DNA from: Mobula hypostoma
Lineage: Eukaryota
Direction of reading: 5' to 3'
NCBI RefSeq assembly: GCF_963921235.1
Contig: NC_086105.1
Span: forward strand, 31,620,001 to 31,684,000
Length of the DNA: 64,000 nt
A program made the position numbers and the translations under genes. The notes beneath the pieces were generated by a model that was not told where the DNA came from, made no database searches, and saw only the letters and a program-made list of their open reading frames with translations. Position 1 is the first letter of the stretch, and each line of letters starts with the position of its first letter. Positions 38,348-50,541 of the stretch are shown here, piece by piece.

Positions 38348-39555
38348 TACCTCTTCCTAGAGATGCTGCCTGGCCTGCTGTGTTCACCAGCAACTTTGAT
38401 GTGTGTTCTTATGAACTAAGCAGTTTGAAGATGAAGATTGCATCCCTATCTTAATGAATGTGTTGTATGTTTCTGATACCTTCACACCATCTACTGTATA
38501 TTGCTACAGTGACTGAGTCTACATTACAAATAAGCAAAGGAATATCGGCGACTGACGATCACCTGGCTGCTCAGTGTCTGTTGAGAATCATTTACTAGCT
38601 ATATGCAGTATGTATTTGTCATCTTTCTAATGCCAGCCAGGAAATTATCCAATAAATCTAAGTTTATTGTTGAAATGCCCTGCTTCGCTACTAACAATGG
38701 AAAATTAGGAATGGCTTCATTTAGAGTTTGGCACGGATAATAACGCAGGTTTGAATTCCACGATGGAATTGGATACCCAAATGTACTTTACCCATACATC
38801 TGGACAGTGTCCTCCTACCCAATACTCATCACATTATTGAAAGTTTAAGTTTAGCTGGGGTCACTGGAAGAAGCTCCAGTCCCAACCTAGAGTAGTGGAA
38901 ACTCTTGGTCTGTATCTAGGTATTTTGAGTCTTGATAGAATAGATAGCATTGTTAAATTCATTGCAGAGATTCAAATATCACTAAATTTGAAGAGAAAAT
39001 CCTTCTTGTGACAGAAGGATGATTAATTAGTGGGAACAGATTTAAGATAAATGGGTAAAGAAACATTGATGGCATTGGAATACCAGAATATTTGCAGGGC
39101 TATAATGACAAGGCAAGGAAGTGAGGCTAACTGGATAGGCCAAAGAGCCAGCGTAAACATGGATGAAATTGGAAACAACATAAAGAGAAATCATTGGGAT
39201 GTTACATTTTATTAGTTGGTGAAGAGTTTTGAACTGACAACTTTTAACCCTGTTCATTTTCGCTAACAATTGTTACCAACATCCTTGAATATAATGATTG
39301 TAGATCCAATACAAAAACTCTGCACAAATGTACAATCTTCTGTGGTTTCCACTTACTCAGATTATCACAGGAGAGTAAAACACTGGGGTACATCATGCAT
39401 TATTCTGCTAATGAGCTCTTACATGTTGCCTGTAGTTTAAAAAAGTGCCTAGTACGAGATGATTAAATAGATAATGAGTTATAGATTTCTGGCGATGTGT
39501 TCTCCCTTTCCCCAAGTAAGCTGGGTGAAAATACAGCACTGCGGTCCATAGTGCC

Positions 39556-39693
39556 TTACAAACCTGCAGTGTCTTTCAGTAGCATGGGTCTGACCACTTC
39601 CAGTAAGTCTAGCTCAGGGTCCAGAGAACGACCAAGACCATCCAAGGCTATAATGGCAAAGATCATGGAGGCAAAGCTACTTTCCACCTTAAC
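39556..39693 (-). CDS. ADCK2: aarF domain containing kinase 2, coding exon 8
   Basis: VKVESSFASMIFAIIALDGLGRSLDPELDLLEVVRPMLLKDTAGL*. Confidence 0.92.
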   Translation of the reverse strand, partial: VKVESSFASMIFAIIALDGLGRSLDPELDLLEVVRPMLLKDTAGL

Positions 39694-39781
39694 CTAGCAT
39701 TGGTGGAAAAAAAAGAGAAGTCAGATTATGATCAATAATTTTTTAAAAAGCAGAGTGCCTTAGTTTGGACTTATTCTTTAC

Positions 39782-39835
39782 CTTGTGCATGATGAGTGTT
39801 TCCAAGACTTTAGAAAGAAAGCCTGCAACATGGAG
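39782..39835 (-). CDS. ADCK2: ADCK2 coding exon 7
   Basis: LHVAGFLSKVLETLIMHK; 54 nt; GT-AG. Confidence 0.9.
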
Positions 39836-40197
39836 CTGAGAAGAGGAAAAAAAAAACAAATTAAACATTAAAAATTAAAATGTAAGTGCAAGAAGATGGC
39901 TGGGTCTCTCCCTCTGTAAACATTGTGGCAGCTTTTATCTGGTATGCTAAATCAAATATTACAATTTGTGATGCCCAACCCAATCCACATACCCAACTGA
40001 GTCACTTTGCTTTGCAAAATCGGTTATAAATCAGTTTAATTACAACATGTGACAAACTAAGAAAACTATTTAACATCTGAAAAAACGATACATTTTACAA
40101 TTGGAATAGCTTACTCAAAAAGGGTGCATTAATAAGAGGATTATAAAGTTAACTCAATTAAAAAAATTTTCCTATCTACTCTTTAGTCTGCTGATAC

Positions 40198-40326
40198 CTT
40201 TCCCAAGGATCCATTGTTCATCCCAGAATTGTGAACAAGTTTTTCTATTTCAGATTTAAATGGCTGCAGGTCTTGGCATTCACTAGTTCTTGCCTGGGTC
40301 AACAGCAAGTCTGCAATCTGCTTACC
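40198..40326 (-). CDS. ADCK2: ADCK2 coding exon 6
   Basis: GKQIADLLLTQARTSECQDLQPFKSEIEKLV...SLGK; 129 nt. Confidence 0.9.
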
Positions 40327-41034
40327 CTGAAAAGAGAAAACAATTTGAAAGAGAAAACCAAATGAGGCGTGCAGCTTGATATACACCTAAAACCAGAAAT
40401 TTGAGTAGACATAGCATGCATTTAGTGGCTTCTTCGCATTATAAATTTGTAGTCTGAATGCTGCTTTGACACCTTTCCCCAAAGTACTCCTTCTATAAAA
40501 CATTGAACATGTGGAGAACAAAATACGGCTGAAAGATTGAAATTAGTTTCCTACTCTTAATGAAGAGCTTTTAAAGATTAAACCACACATAATATCATAA
40601 ACTACACCCACTATAACAGATCTTTCAGCAATTTTTGACTTGAAGTGTTAATCCTGTTTCTCTTTCCACAGATGCTTGTCAGGCCTGAGTTTTTCCAGCA
40701 TTTTGCATTTTTTATTTCAGATTCCTAACATCTGATTTTTCTCATTTTAGATTTATAAACTCAAAGTGATTAAATATTTAGTAGTGAAATGTAACAAGTG
40801 ACTCATATCATTAAGTTGTTGAATGAGACTGAACCCATACAAGTGGAAATCCTGACTAATTCAATACACATTAGAAACAAGAAGCTTTGAGTGAAAAGAA
40901 AAATCAATGTGATATATTCAAGTCTCAACAAACAACCAGCAAGTATTGCTATTTTCTATTAATTCTTATAGGGGCAGTAAAAATGTGAGCAATTTCAGCC
41001 TGATGAAAGTGAATGAATTTTATCTACTTGAAAG

Positions 41035-41272
41035 TAAATTTCACCCAGAGAGTGGTGGATATGTGGAATGCTCTGCCCCAGAAGGCAGTGGAGGCCAAGT
41101 CTCTGGATGCTTTCAAGAAAGAGATGGTTAGAGCTCTCAAAGATAGCGGAATCAAAGGTTATGGGGAGAAGGCAGGAACTGGATACTGATTGTGGATGAT
41201 CAGCCATGATCACAGTGAATGGTGGTGCTGGCTCGAAAGGCCGAATGGCCTACTCCTGCACCTATTGTCTAA
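41035..41272 (+). mobile_element. CR1 LINE 3' fragment
   Basis: ttcacccagagagtggtgg...ggccgaatggcctactcctgcacctattgtct. Confidence 0.7.
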
Positions 41273-41409
41273 ATTAAGTGATAATTGAGATTTGCATTTA
41301 AAAAGCAAGTTCTAAAATGAATATACAATCCTCTTGAGCCAAGCAATGTACATTGTCAGATCTCTTGCGTGTTCTTTTCATTTGAGGAAAAATATTTTCA
41401 TGTACATAC

Positions 41410-41661
41410 CTGTCCTTGAATTAAGGCCGTGAATACGGCTTTGAAATTGTGGAAGTCAGATGGCTGAAGTTCATTTACAATACCAGTATCCATCAGAATA
41501 AGCTTTATTGGACACTGGGAAGGACGAACATTAACAATAAGAGTATCACACAAGTCTACAATGGTGGTCTTGTCATCATTTTGTAGACTAAACTGATCTG
41601 CTCCCTGGATGAGAATATTTTTAGGATGAAGTTCTCCGTGAACAAAGTTGTCCACAAATAC
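41410..41661 (-). CDS. ADCK2: ADCK2 coding exon 5 (catalytic loop)
   Basis: VFVDNFVHGELHPKNILIQG...LILMDTGIVNEL...; 252 nt. Confidence 0.92.
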
Positions 41662-43385
41662 CTGTAGAAAAAAAGATTGTCAGTCAGTCATGTTACATTA
41701 TCAGGAAAACTAGAACAAAAGGATTACTTTCTCATAAAGCATAAACTTGGTGAATCTGGTTGCAATTTGAGTTGCAAACTGTATGTACAAAATTATTCCT
41801 ATCAGAGGGCTGACTGGCATTATAAACCCCTCACATCCCTGAACCATGTCTTCCACATTGTTTCTGATCTTACCTGTCAGGTTCAGTTATTTACATTAAT
41901 TGCTTTGGTTGTCACGTTATCTTCCCCTACTGCACCTCTAAGTTTTCACTTCAATATTGACTTTACCATTTATTCCACATCGTATTCACATTGCTCTGTT
42001 CTCTCCCCTATCTTATAGCCCTTCTGTCTCCCTAGCTGGTCCTTTCTTCTTCCCTCCCCTCCACACCAAGCTCAGGTAATTTCCTGCTCTTACCTCACCC
42101 ATTCTCATTATTCCACTTATTTGTCTCCTATATTTTTTCTGCTTCTTCTCCTCACCCCCCAACCATTTCTCATTTCTATATATCCTCCCATTTTCCCACC
42201 ACTCTAAATCCTTTGAAAACTGTTCTCTGTCCCCTTTCCATATCCCTTTTGCCTCCTTCCCCTCCACTTTTTGTTCCTATTATCCCTCACGTGCGGCCTC
42301 CCTCCCTGTCCACTTGCAATTCAGCTCAGTTTTTTACAGTGGAATCAAGCCCGGCCTCCAGTCCATATCCACAACAGCATTCTTCCCACTCCTACAGAAT
42401 TCTGCTAGATGATGTACGGACTTTTCTGTTTAAAAAGTTGGAGCTGTTCTGGTGGTTCCCAGGAACCAGTGACAAGCCAGCAGCCTGATGGGAGCTGATG
42501 CTGTGCGGCTGCAGGAATACAAAGTGCATGAGAGTTGGTCAGCCCTATTGGTGGGGCACATGTAGCTCATGTGTTGTGTACCAAGGCTAAAATGTCAGAC
42601 TAAGCAATCAGAAAGTCATTTGCAATGATGAAATTTCACTAAAGGTCTGAAATCTTTCATCCCTCCTAATTACACCAAAAAAACTTCCAAGCTGAACTTC
42701 AGACAAGATCAGGATCCAGGCAGAAATATTTCACCTGACCTTATCATTCTACGGGCTAGGGTAAGGGGGGAAATTAGTCAAGGTGAAAAAGGTGGAGAAC
42801 ATGAATATCTGGCAGCAGCATAACCAAATGTTGGTGCTGATTCACAGCTCCAGTGATCCAGGCTCAGTCCTGAGCTTGGGCTGCCTGTGTGGAAACCCAC
42901 ACAGTCACTTTCGCCCTGTGACTCTGCAGGTTTCCCTGGGAGCAAGGTGCTGGTAGGTTATTTAATCACTGTACATTCCCCTAATGTAGGTGGGGGAAAA
43001 CAGGAGAATCGGGAAAGTGAATGAGTTACAGGGAAATAAGAGGTAGTGATCGGAGTACTTGAGAGCTGGCATAAATTTGATGGAGTGAAACCCCAACATA
43101 TTATTAAATAGTCCAGCAGTACTTATCGGTTAGGCTTCCTGGACAACATGGACCTGTCCTTAGAATGAATAAGCATTTTACATTACATTCAAATTTTGTG
43201 TTCAGAAATTGTATTACTGGTTACTTTTAATAAATCCAAGAAAGTTTCTACAACATCTGCTTTCTTGTACTATATGTAATGCAAAATAAAGTGCATTGTC
43301 ATTATCTTTTGGCTCATGAACCAGCATTTTTCTGACTCTCCCATGCATATGGATTAATTTACAAATGGCAGACCATTATCTTCAT

Positions 43386-43563
43386 AAACACAATAGATTC
43401 AGCAGATCTTGAGCACCACATACAAAATGCAGCAAGTTAGGCAGCATCTCAGGAAGGGAATAAACAGTTGATGTTTCACGCCAACACCCGGAAATGTCAG
43501 CATTTATTTATCTCTGTATATGCTACCTGACTTGCAGAGTTCCTCCAGCATTTTGTGTGGATT
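43386..43563. mobile_element. Short palindromic Penelope-derived insertion
   Basis: TSD GACCAT(T/C)ATCTTCAT at 43371-43385 and 43564-43578. Confidence 0.7.
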
Positions 43564-43683
43564 GACCATCATCTTCATCTTTCACGTACCACCTCTGTTA
43601 CTGTTTCTTGCTTTTTTCCCCCCACATTTCACTACCAAGGACACCAGTATCATTTTGATTTGTTAGAATTATATAGAATTTAC

Positions 43684-43779
43684 CATCTTCAGCAACATCT
43701 CCAATCCTATTCTTGCCAACTTCTGCTTCAATAAGTTAGGTACATCCTTCGTCAAATACATCGAAATGGGTTTACTCTC
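43684..43779 (-). CDS. ADCK2: ADCK2 coding exon 4
   Basis: ESKPISMYLTKDVPNLLKQKLARIGLEMLLKM; 96 nt. Confidence 0.9.
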
Positions 43780-45113
43780 CTGAATGCAAAGAGCACAGAA
43801 GAATTAGTGTCACCTTCCACAACACCACCCATTGGTATTCAAAATTATTTTCTTACAATGCTCATGCCCGTTCTCTGGAATATTATTTTTACAATCATTC
43901 AATTTTGCTTTACAGTTGGGTAATGAACCAAAGCTACTATTACATAAAGTTTAATTATTCCAAGTGTAAGTATGGAAATTAGGATGAGACTCTGGCAACC
44001 ATTCTTTCTGCTGGAAAAAGTATACTGTGAGCAGGCTGTTGCATGCTGCATCCAAGTTTTCTGCTTCCTGGATCTCAAAGCACTTCCCCTTCACTTTGTC
44101 CTGACCTTCCAATTTCACCTTTTGCTATAATTTTACTATTCATACCTTCAGAATTTTCATTTCTATCCTTTGGCCACCTACCCTATCTAGATCTTTCTAT
44201 CACTTCAATGAACATTTCATTTTTCTACTCACTTCACTTATCCTGACCCAAATACTTCTGAACTGGTAGTACACTCTTCACTAATATTATCATTAAATTA
44301 GCTGACAGTGACAGTGTTTCTTGGCAAGCCAACTTCTACTTTGCAGAGGGTGAACAGCAACATTCTCCTAAGTCCCATGAAACAAGAAGCCAATGATGAA
44401 CATCAAGCTATTATTTCCACTAATCTCATTTTTTTCTCTCCATAACAAGGTCCCCTAACCCTGCAGAAACTTATTCTACCATCTTGTGCCCTTGGTACAC
44501 CCACAAATTCACCTCTTTTTATGTTCAAAGAACAGATTTTATCTATTAATTCTACACTTGCTGAATGATTCCCTCCTGTTACATGTTTCATGTATGCCAC
44601 CATTTCAATGTTTTCCATTTTCCTGGCGCTAGTAATCTTCCTTTTTACGCCAGATATCCATTCTACTTACATTTCCAGCTCCATCAATCCTTCCACATCT
44701 TTTATGAATCGAGTCAAAATGTATCTAGCACCACCTTTCTCTAGTTGGCTGAGCTGGTTCTCATGTACAGCAATTTTTTTTTTCTGGTTGTTGCCATTTC
44801 TAAATAACAGTTTTGCTACGGGAACCCACATGATGCCTAAGTAATGACAGACTTTTTATGAAACACGTGGGACATATTCCAGTCCTGTAGGTCCCCTATT
44901 TCATAGCTGGAATTTCTCATGTACCTGGAACACTATCTAACTAGGAAAGGCCTATTCCCAATTCATTGGCTTTGCGCAATGTAAGTAACCTACACTGACT
45001 CATGTTTTCCCTTCTTTCGTTCATCTCCACCTCCTGACACATTGCCAGACACTACTTGCTCAGACTCCATCCAGCATTAAACATTACAGCAATAAATTAT
45101 GTTATGAATTTAC

Positions 45114-45242
45114 CTCAAAGGTTTCGACCAGTACCGTTCTGGTGACAAATGGCCTGAGAGGTATGGGAAACCTGACAGATTCCATACCCAGAAAATTCTC
45201 TCGGAACCTCTCCATGACCTTTGCTTCATGTCGCAGATCAAT
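45114..45242 (-). CDS. ADCK2: ADCK2 coding exon 3
   Basis: IDLRHEAKVMERFRENF...PLRPFVTRTVLVETFE; 129 nt. Confidence 0.92.
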
Positions 45243-46363
45243 CTGCAGAACAATGCCAAGACATGGTTTTAGTGTAAAGAAAATATCCTTTGTAACTATG
45301 CAGATACTCTTTACTGTCAGGAATATCAATAGGTTATGAAAAATAACCTGATAAAGAAGATCAGATAAAGATTTTAAAATTGACTAAAGGGAAATAATAT
45401 GGAGGAATTTACCTAAAGAAAAGGCTAGACCAGCAATTTTATTTGTGCTGGTAAACCTTCCACAGTCTTCAAATTATCTCCATTTTTCATCATCCTCATT
45501 CAAATGAAACAAGTCATTTGGTTAAAAAAATACTAACTGGACAATTGAATTTTCCACTAGTTACTAAAAATATGGAATGTAACCACAAAGAAAACAATGA
45601 TACAGTTTCTTGTATGAGGAAAATAACTGTTTTATTCTCAATGAGCTTGTTTGTTAATAGGTTTTTGAGGCTACTCATCACTTTATTCCAACGGGGGAAA
45701 AATCAAGGTGGCAGTTTGAACCAAGTTCACGAAATGTTTGTAGTGATGTGACTGGTCTTTTTGAAATAGATAGTTATTGATTTTGCCAATTTGAGCTTGC
45801 TAACTTGTTGAACAAATTTTGTTTTAATTGAGACTTCTGCTATATTTGTTGTTTGATGATTTGGCACATTCATTACTGGGCAATGATCTAGAAGTCTGGG
45901 TTGGTATTGCTATCAATATGGTTAATTTTTTCCTAACCACGTTGATTTGCAATATTTTTAGTTCAATGTACTTCTAAAAATGTGATGTAACATTTGTTCA
46001 TTCCATCCCAAAAGGCACTTGAAATGTAATGGTAGAAGAAATGTACCCCCATTACAGATAATGGGTTAATGGAATCTTGTCCTTACGGAATATACAAAGA
46101 ACTTTGAAAAAATAAAGTTCACTTTGACTAGATTTATGTGAAAAAAGCAAATAAATACATTTTTCAATTTTCTCTTCTTATTTCATACATAGATATCAGA
46201 GCTTTGTATTATGCAAAGTAGCTATATTGATCATATTCTAGGAACACACACGCTCATAATGCAGGGGTCACCTGTATTTGGCTCTCCGCCCTCTCACCAC
46301 ATGATGAAAAATGGCAACCTTTAAAAAAATTCATGGTTAGACTATGTTCACTTGCATCCTCAC

Positions 46364-46510
46364 TTGTTTCAACATGATCTCCTCAAATTCTTCCACCACT
46401 TCCACCAGCCTCAACCACTTCAAGCCTGGCAGGAGATTGAGAATGCAGCTTGCGGCTTTCATAAGTTTCAGATCCAGACTGATTTGATGTGCTATCCCTG
46501 GATGCATCAC
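46364..46510 (-). CDS. ADCK2: ADCK2 coding exon 2
   Basis: VMHPGIAHQISLDLKLMK...LKWLRLVEVVEEFEEIMLKQ; 147 nt. Confidence 0.92.
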
Positions 46511-47232
46511 CTGCAGACAGAAGAAAATTGATGTCAACCACTGGGTTGATTAGTGGATCAGCGCATGCCTCAGTTTACAACCAGTTGTTTATAATCAGGA
46601 CTAAAATAATTTCTTTCAGATAACTGTACCTGACATCAAGTAAAATTGGTCTGATTGTAATTAAATTCTTGATTCACAACTCATTGATAACAGAATTCAA
46701 TCTGTATCAGACAAAAGTTGCTATTGTGGGTGAGTATTATCTATCGGTTATTAATGTGGGTTAGTATTATCTATTGGTTGCTCTGCTAGGATTGGCACTT
46801 GATCTGAGATCAACCAGTGAATTAGTGTAGTATCCACAGAGAAAGCAGGAGGTCAGACAACATCTGTTGAAAAGGAAAATAAAGATAAGATTCATTGGAA
46901 TATCTGATGAAGAATCTAATATGTCACCTGTTTCTCTTTCAACAGATACTGCCTGACCTGCTGAGTGATTCCAGTAGTCTCTATTCATATTTCAAATCTC
47001 TCGCATGTGAGTTTTTAAATTAATTTTATACCCATTCAGTTTCCTGCAAACAAACGTGGCAAGAAGCCATCAAAAACATGCCTATTATCATCTATTCAAA
47101 CACAGCACACATACTCACTCTGAGTTTCCATTATCTAACTCTTGGGAATAAAAAAAATAAACACATGAGAAATCCTAAACCTCAGGGGTTATTTGCACCT
47201 ACTTACATTGCATATTGTAGACATTGTAATAC

Positions 47233-48135
47233 CTTGATAGCCACTGGAATGAGATGCTGCTGCTCAGACGTTGAGTCAGGATGAAGCACTGCCCTTCTAT
47301 CTTCCAGCTCTGTAATTCCAATCACTCCCTCGGGCTCATTTTTGGTATCTGGAAAATCATCCTGCTTTTTAGCAAACATGAAACGAAATATTCCTCGAAG
47401 CCCAAAGACTTCCCATGCTTCAAACTGATCCTCTCTCTCAAAGCTTTCAACAAGCTTTTGAAATTCAGAGTTATTAATGTTCTTTGGATCAGTACAAGCT
47501 CTATAAACCTGAGTGAAGCAGCCTGATGCAATGGGTTCCTTATTTGTAATGTGAAATATGCTCCTCCAATCTTCCCCAAATGCTCTTTTCAAACTATACT
47601 TGGTGTAGTTCCAGGGATGTGGTGTGACATGTGGATGAAGCCTGGAGAATTTTTCGCAGAATTCCACCGAGAAGAGATCCCTCCTGGTGCTAAACCACTG
47701 ACCAAGTTTGATGAAAGTAGGACCAGCAGCCTCTGTGCATCTCAACAACACGTCATACCAGACGGAAGCAAAACGGGATGACACAAAGCAAATCGGATAG
47801 AGCAGAAACAAAGGTCCAAATCTCAGCAGCAGGATCACAGCTCTGACACAAATATGGGCAGTGAAGCGAAGCTTCCAGAACAAGTCTTTTAAAGGTAAGT
47901 GGGAAGACCCTCGCTTAGGATAGTGCGTCACCTTTGCTTCTACTGCTACTGCTTTCTGGGAGTTTGCAACTGGTGAAACTCCAAGGCCTAGCCAAGCAAG
48001 AGTAAGTCCAGGTATACTCTTTAACTTAAAAGACATTTTCGATGCAGAGTTACTTGACATTAAGACCGGGGCTCGAAAAATCACAGATCTACAAATCACA
48101 GGGCAGGCTTTACAAGTCAAGAGAAAGGCAGCCAT
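47233..48135 (-). CDS. ADCK2: ADCK2 coding exon 1
   Basis: MAAFLL...GPTFIKLGQWFSTRRDLF (UbiB KxGQ motif)...SGCFTQVY...VAIK|gtatta; 903 nt. Confidence 0.92.
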
Positions 48136-48689
48136 CCTGGCGAAGTGTTGCTGTAGCCTGACCAGAATCACAAAGTCTGGACATCCAATAAGCAGGTTTT
48201 CATGTACCGGGTTTCCAAAAGGTCACGTGAATTGTCATTTCACCTTGCGATCCTGAAATATGCGTAGGAAGACCATCAGCCTGAAGACTGAATTTTTCCA
48301 GCAGCCAGTCCGCTCATTCCCAGGAGACACAAAAGAAAATTCGTGCAGTCGTGAAGCCCGGGGGATGGGCCCTGGTAATAATTCACCTGCATGAATTACG
48401 CTCTGGAACTGCCGTGGGCAAAGGCTGAATGGTGCCAGCGTGCGAACTCCATCATTGCTCTGTGCCAGTGCCAGTGCCAGGGCCAGGGCCAGGCCGGCTG
48501 CCTGCCTCGGTTCCCTGATTCAGACGCACCGCCTCTTCCCCGTAACTGGCTGCCATCCACGATAAAATACTTTGATGATCCTCATTCACAGCAGACGCAA
48601 ACCTCCCCTCCTTGTCGCTCTTCAATACAAACCCCAACGGTGATGGAAAACAACGGAGATCCTGACAGAAAACACCCAACACTCCCAGC

Positions 48690-48990
48690 GACTCCGCCCA
48701 TTGCCCCGACCTTCCCTCCTATTGGTGATTGTTAGTCCTTCCTTGCCCCCAATTGGTGCTAGGTTCAGAGCTCCGCCCAGTTTCCCGTCTCCGGCTCATT
48801 CTATTGGCCCCAGTTTTCCATGCCATTTGCTGCTTCCTCCAATTGGGAACGAGATCCGTCTCCGCCTCATCCTATTGGTGCTACGGTGAGGTTTAAGGCA
48901 TTCCGCGGGAAGTGGATTGGATCAAGTGCGAGGAACGATCAAAGTTCCCGACCCTGCCGCACAGGGCGGATTTGGCCACCGGCCCTCGAC
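48690..48990. promoter_or_regulatory. ADCK2 CpG-island promoter with tandem CCAAT and GC boxes
   Basis: ATTGG at 48721, 48752, 48803, 48842, 48874 and 48916; CTCCGCCC at 48692 and 48771; GCGGGAA at 48905. Confidence 0.7.
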
Positions 48991-50541
48991 CCTGGGGTCT
49001 GTTAAGGTACAAGTTGCGATATCTTTTGTTTCGAACAGATTATCGACGGCTGTATTGTTAAAGTGCATCATCGGTTTGTAAAATTCGGAATTTACTTACG
49101 CAAAACTTCATGGTAGCGTCATCTGAGGCTCCGTGCATTTGAGACCAATTTCTGGAACTTTAGTACAAATTACTTATCATATTTATGTAAAAAAGCAAAC
49201 ATTTTGAAAATAAAAGCGGGAAAGAAGCAGCTGTTGTACTAGAAAGGTGAAGAGCTGCCTGTTAAATTGGCCGCATTTGCTGCGTCGGGTGAGGAACAGG
49301 TGGTGAGCAAGATTCTCGGTGACATCTGGATCAAACATCGGACGCGATTAGCACAGAGATTTGCAACCACTGGTTTTCTAATCTAAAGACATGCTCAGCA
49401 AGTCTGAATTTTATAAAGCTCAGTTGGCTACTGTTTTAGGAACTTTTGTGGGACTAGTAAAGGATCCAGTTAGTCATTTGACGAAATGGCATCGGATAAT
49501 ACTTTGCTGTAAAAAGCTGAATTAGACTACACATCTCCCGTGTTCATTTCAGTTAAGGGATAAGATTGAACAAAGTTGGGAAGACAATAGGGAAACGGAA
49601 GCTGGATAGGGAAGGGGGTGATTGGTGTAGTAGGCGGTGAATTTATAATTTTATCTGATTCCGCGCCCCCCCCCCCCAGGAAAGCCACCAAAAATGCCCT
49701 TCACACGAAAAACTGCACTATCGTACCTCCTCAGCTTCAACTGCCGGTGCCTATCCCGTATACGTTATCATCATCTACCCTTCACTATTGTAACCAATAG
49801 CAACCAAACAAAAAAAAACTGCAAATATCCAGCACCTCAGACAGCATTTGGAGAGAAACAACACCGTGTTCACGTAAAATTAAACGTGTTTTGGACTAAT
49901 AACACAGAAATCAATAAACTATATTGAACTAAGTTCAAGTAACTGGAAAGGAATGTTTGTTTCCCTGGGTTGGCGGGAAGGGTAGAAGTTAAAGGGCATG
50001 TGTGGCATTTTCTGTAATTGGATGGGGAGTGTTTTGGGGAACATGGAAGAGCGGACCAGGGATTCCCCTTCAGAACACTGTGTTTCACAGACTGTGTTTG
50101 TGAAACCTTATTGAATGGATCATCGTTTACAATTCTGATGTGGTGGGATGGAAAGTGAGGACCACTGTGACTCTGGAAGAAGCTGGGTGAGAGTAGAGTA
50201 ATGGGAATTAGTTTGGATGGAGTCAAGGGCTCTACCAACTATAATAGAGAGGATGGTACAGTTCAGGGAAAAGAAGTGTACATATTAGTGGCTCCTCCTG
50301 TGAAAAGTCTCATCATTGGAGGGGATTGGATAATTATTTTGCAGAACCAGCCCATTTATTAGCAAGCATGATCTTTAATTCTCTGTCCTTCTGCCACTGA
50401 CTGTCCCACAGTGACCAAATAAAAGGCTAACCAACAAAAGATTAATATGCAATACCTTTATCTCCTGAATAGGCTTGTTGCAGCCTTTTGGACTCCATTA
50501 TCAAATTCAATAACTTCAGAAAATTGGCACTTCCAGCAGCA

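Larger units (their letters stand above)
37566..38405. mobile_element. Young palindromic Penelope pLTR insertion
   Basis: Perfect 14-bp TSD TTCTTATGAACTAA at 37552-37565 and 38406-38419; ~385-bp inverted arms. Confidence 0.9.

Noticed and set aside
48136-48171. N-terminal extension of ADCK2 in the ORF track
   Set aside because: It starts at a non-ATG codon; the first in-frame ATG is at 48135.
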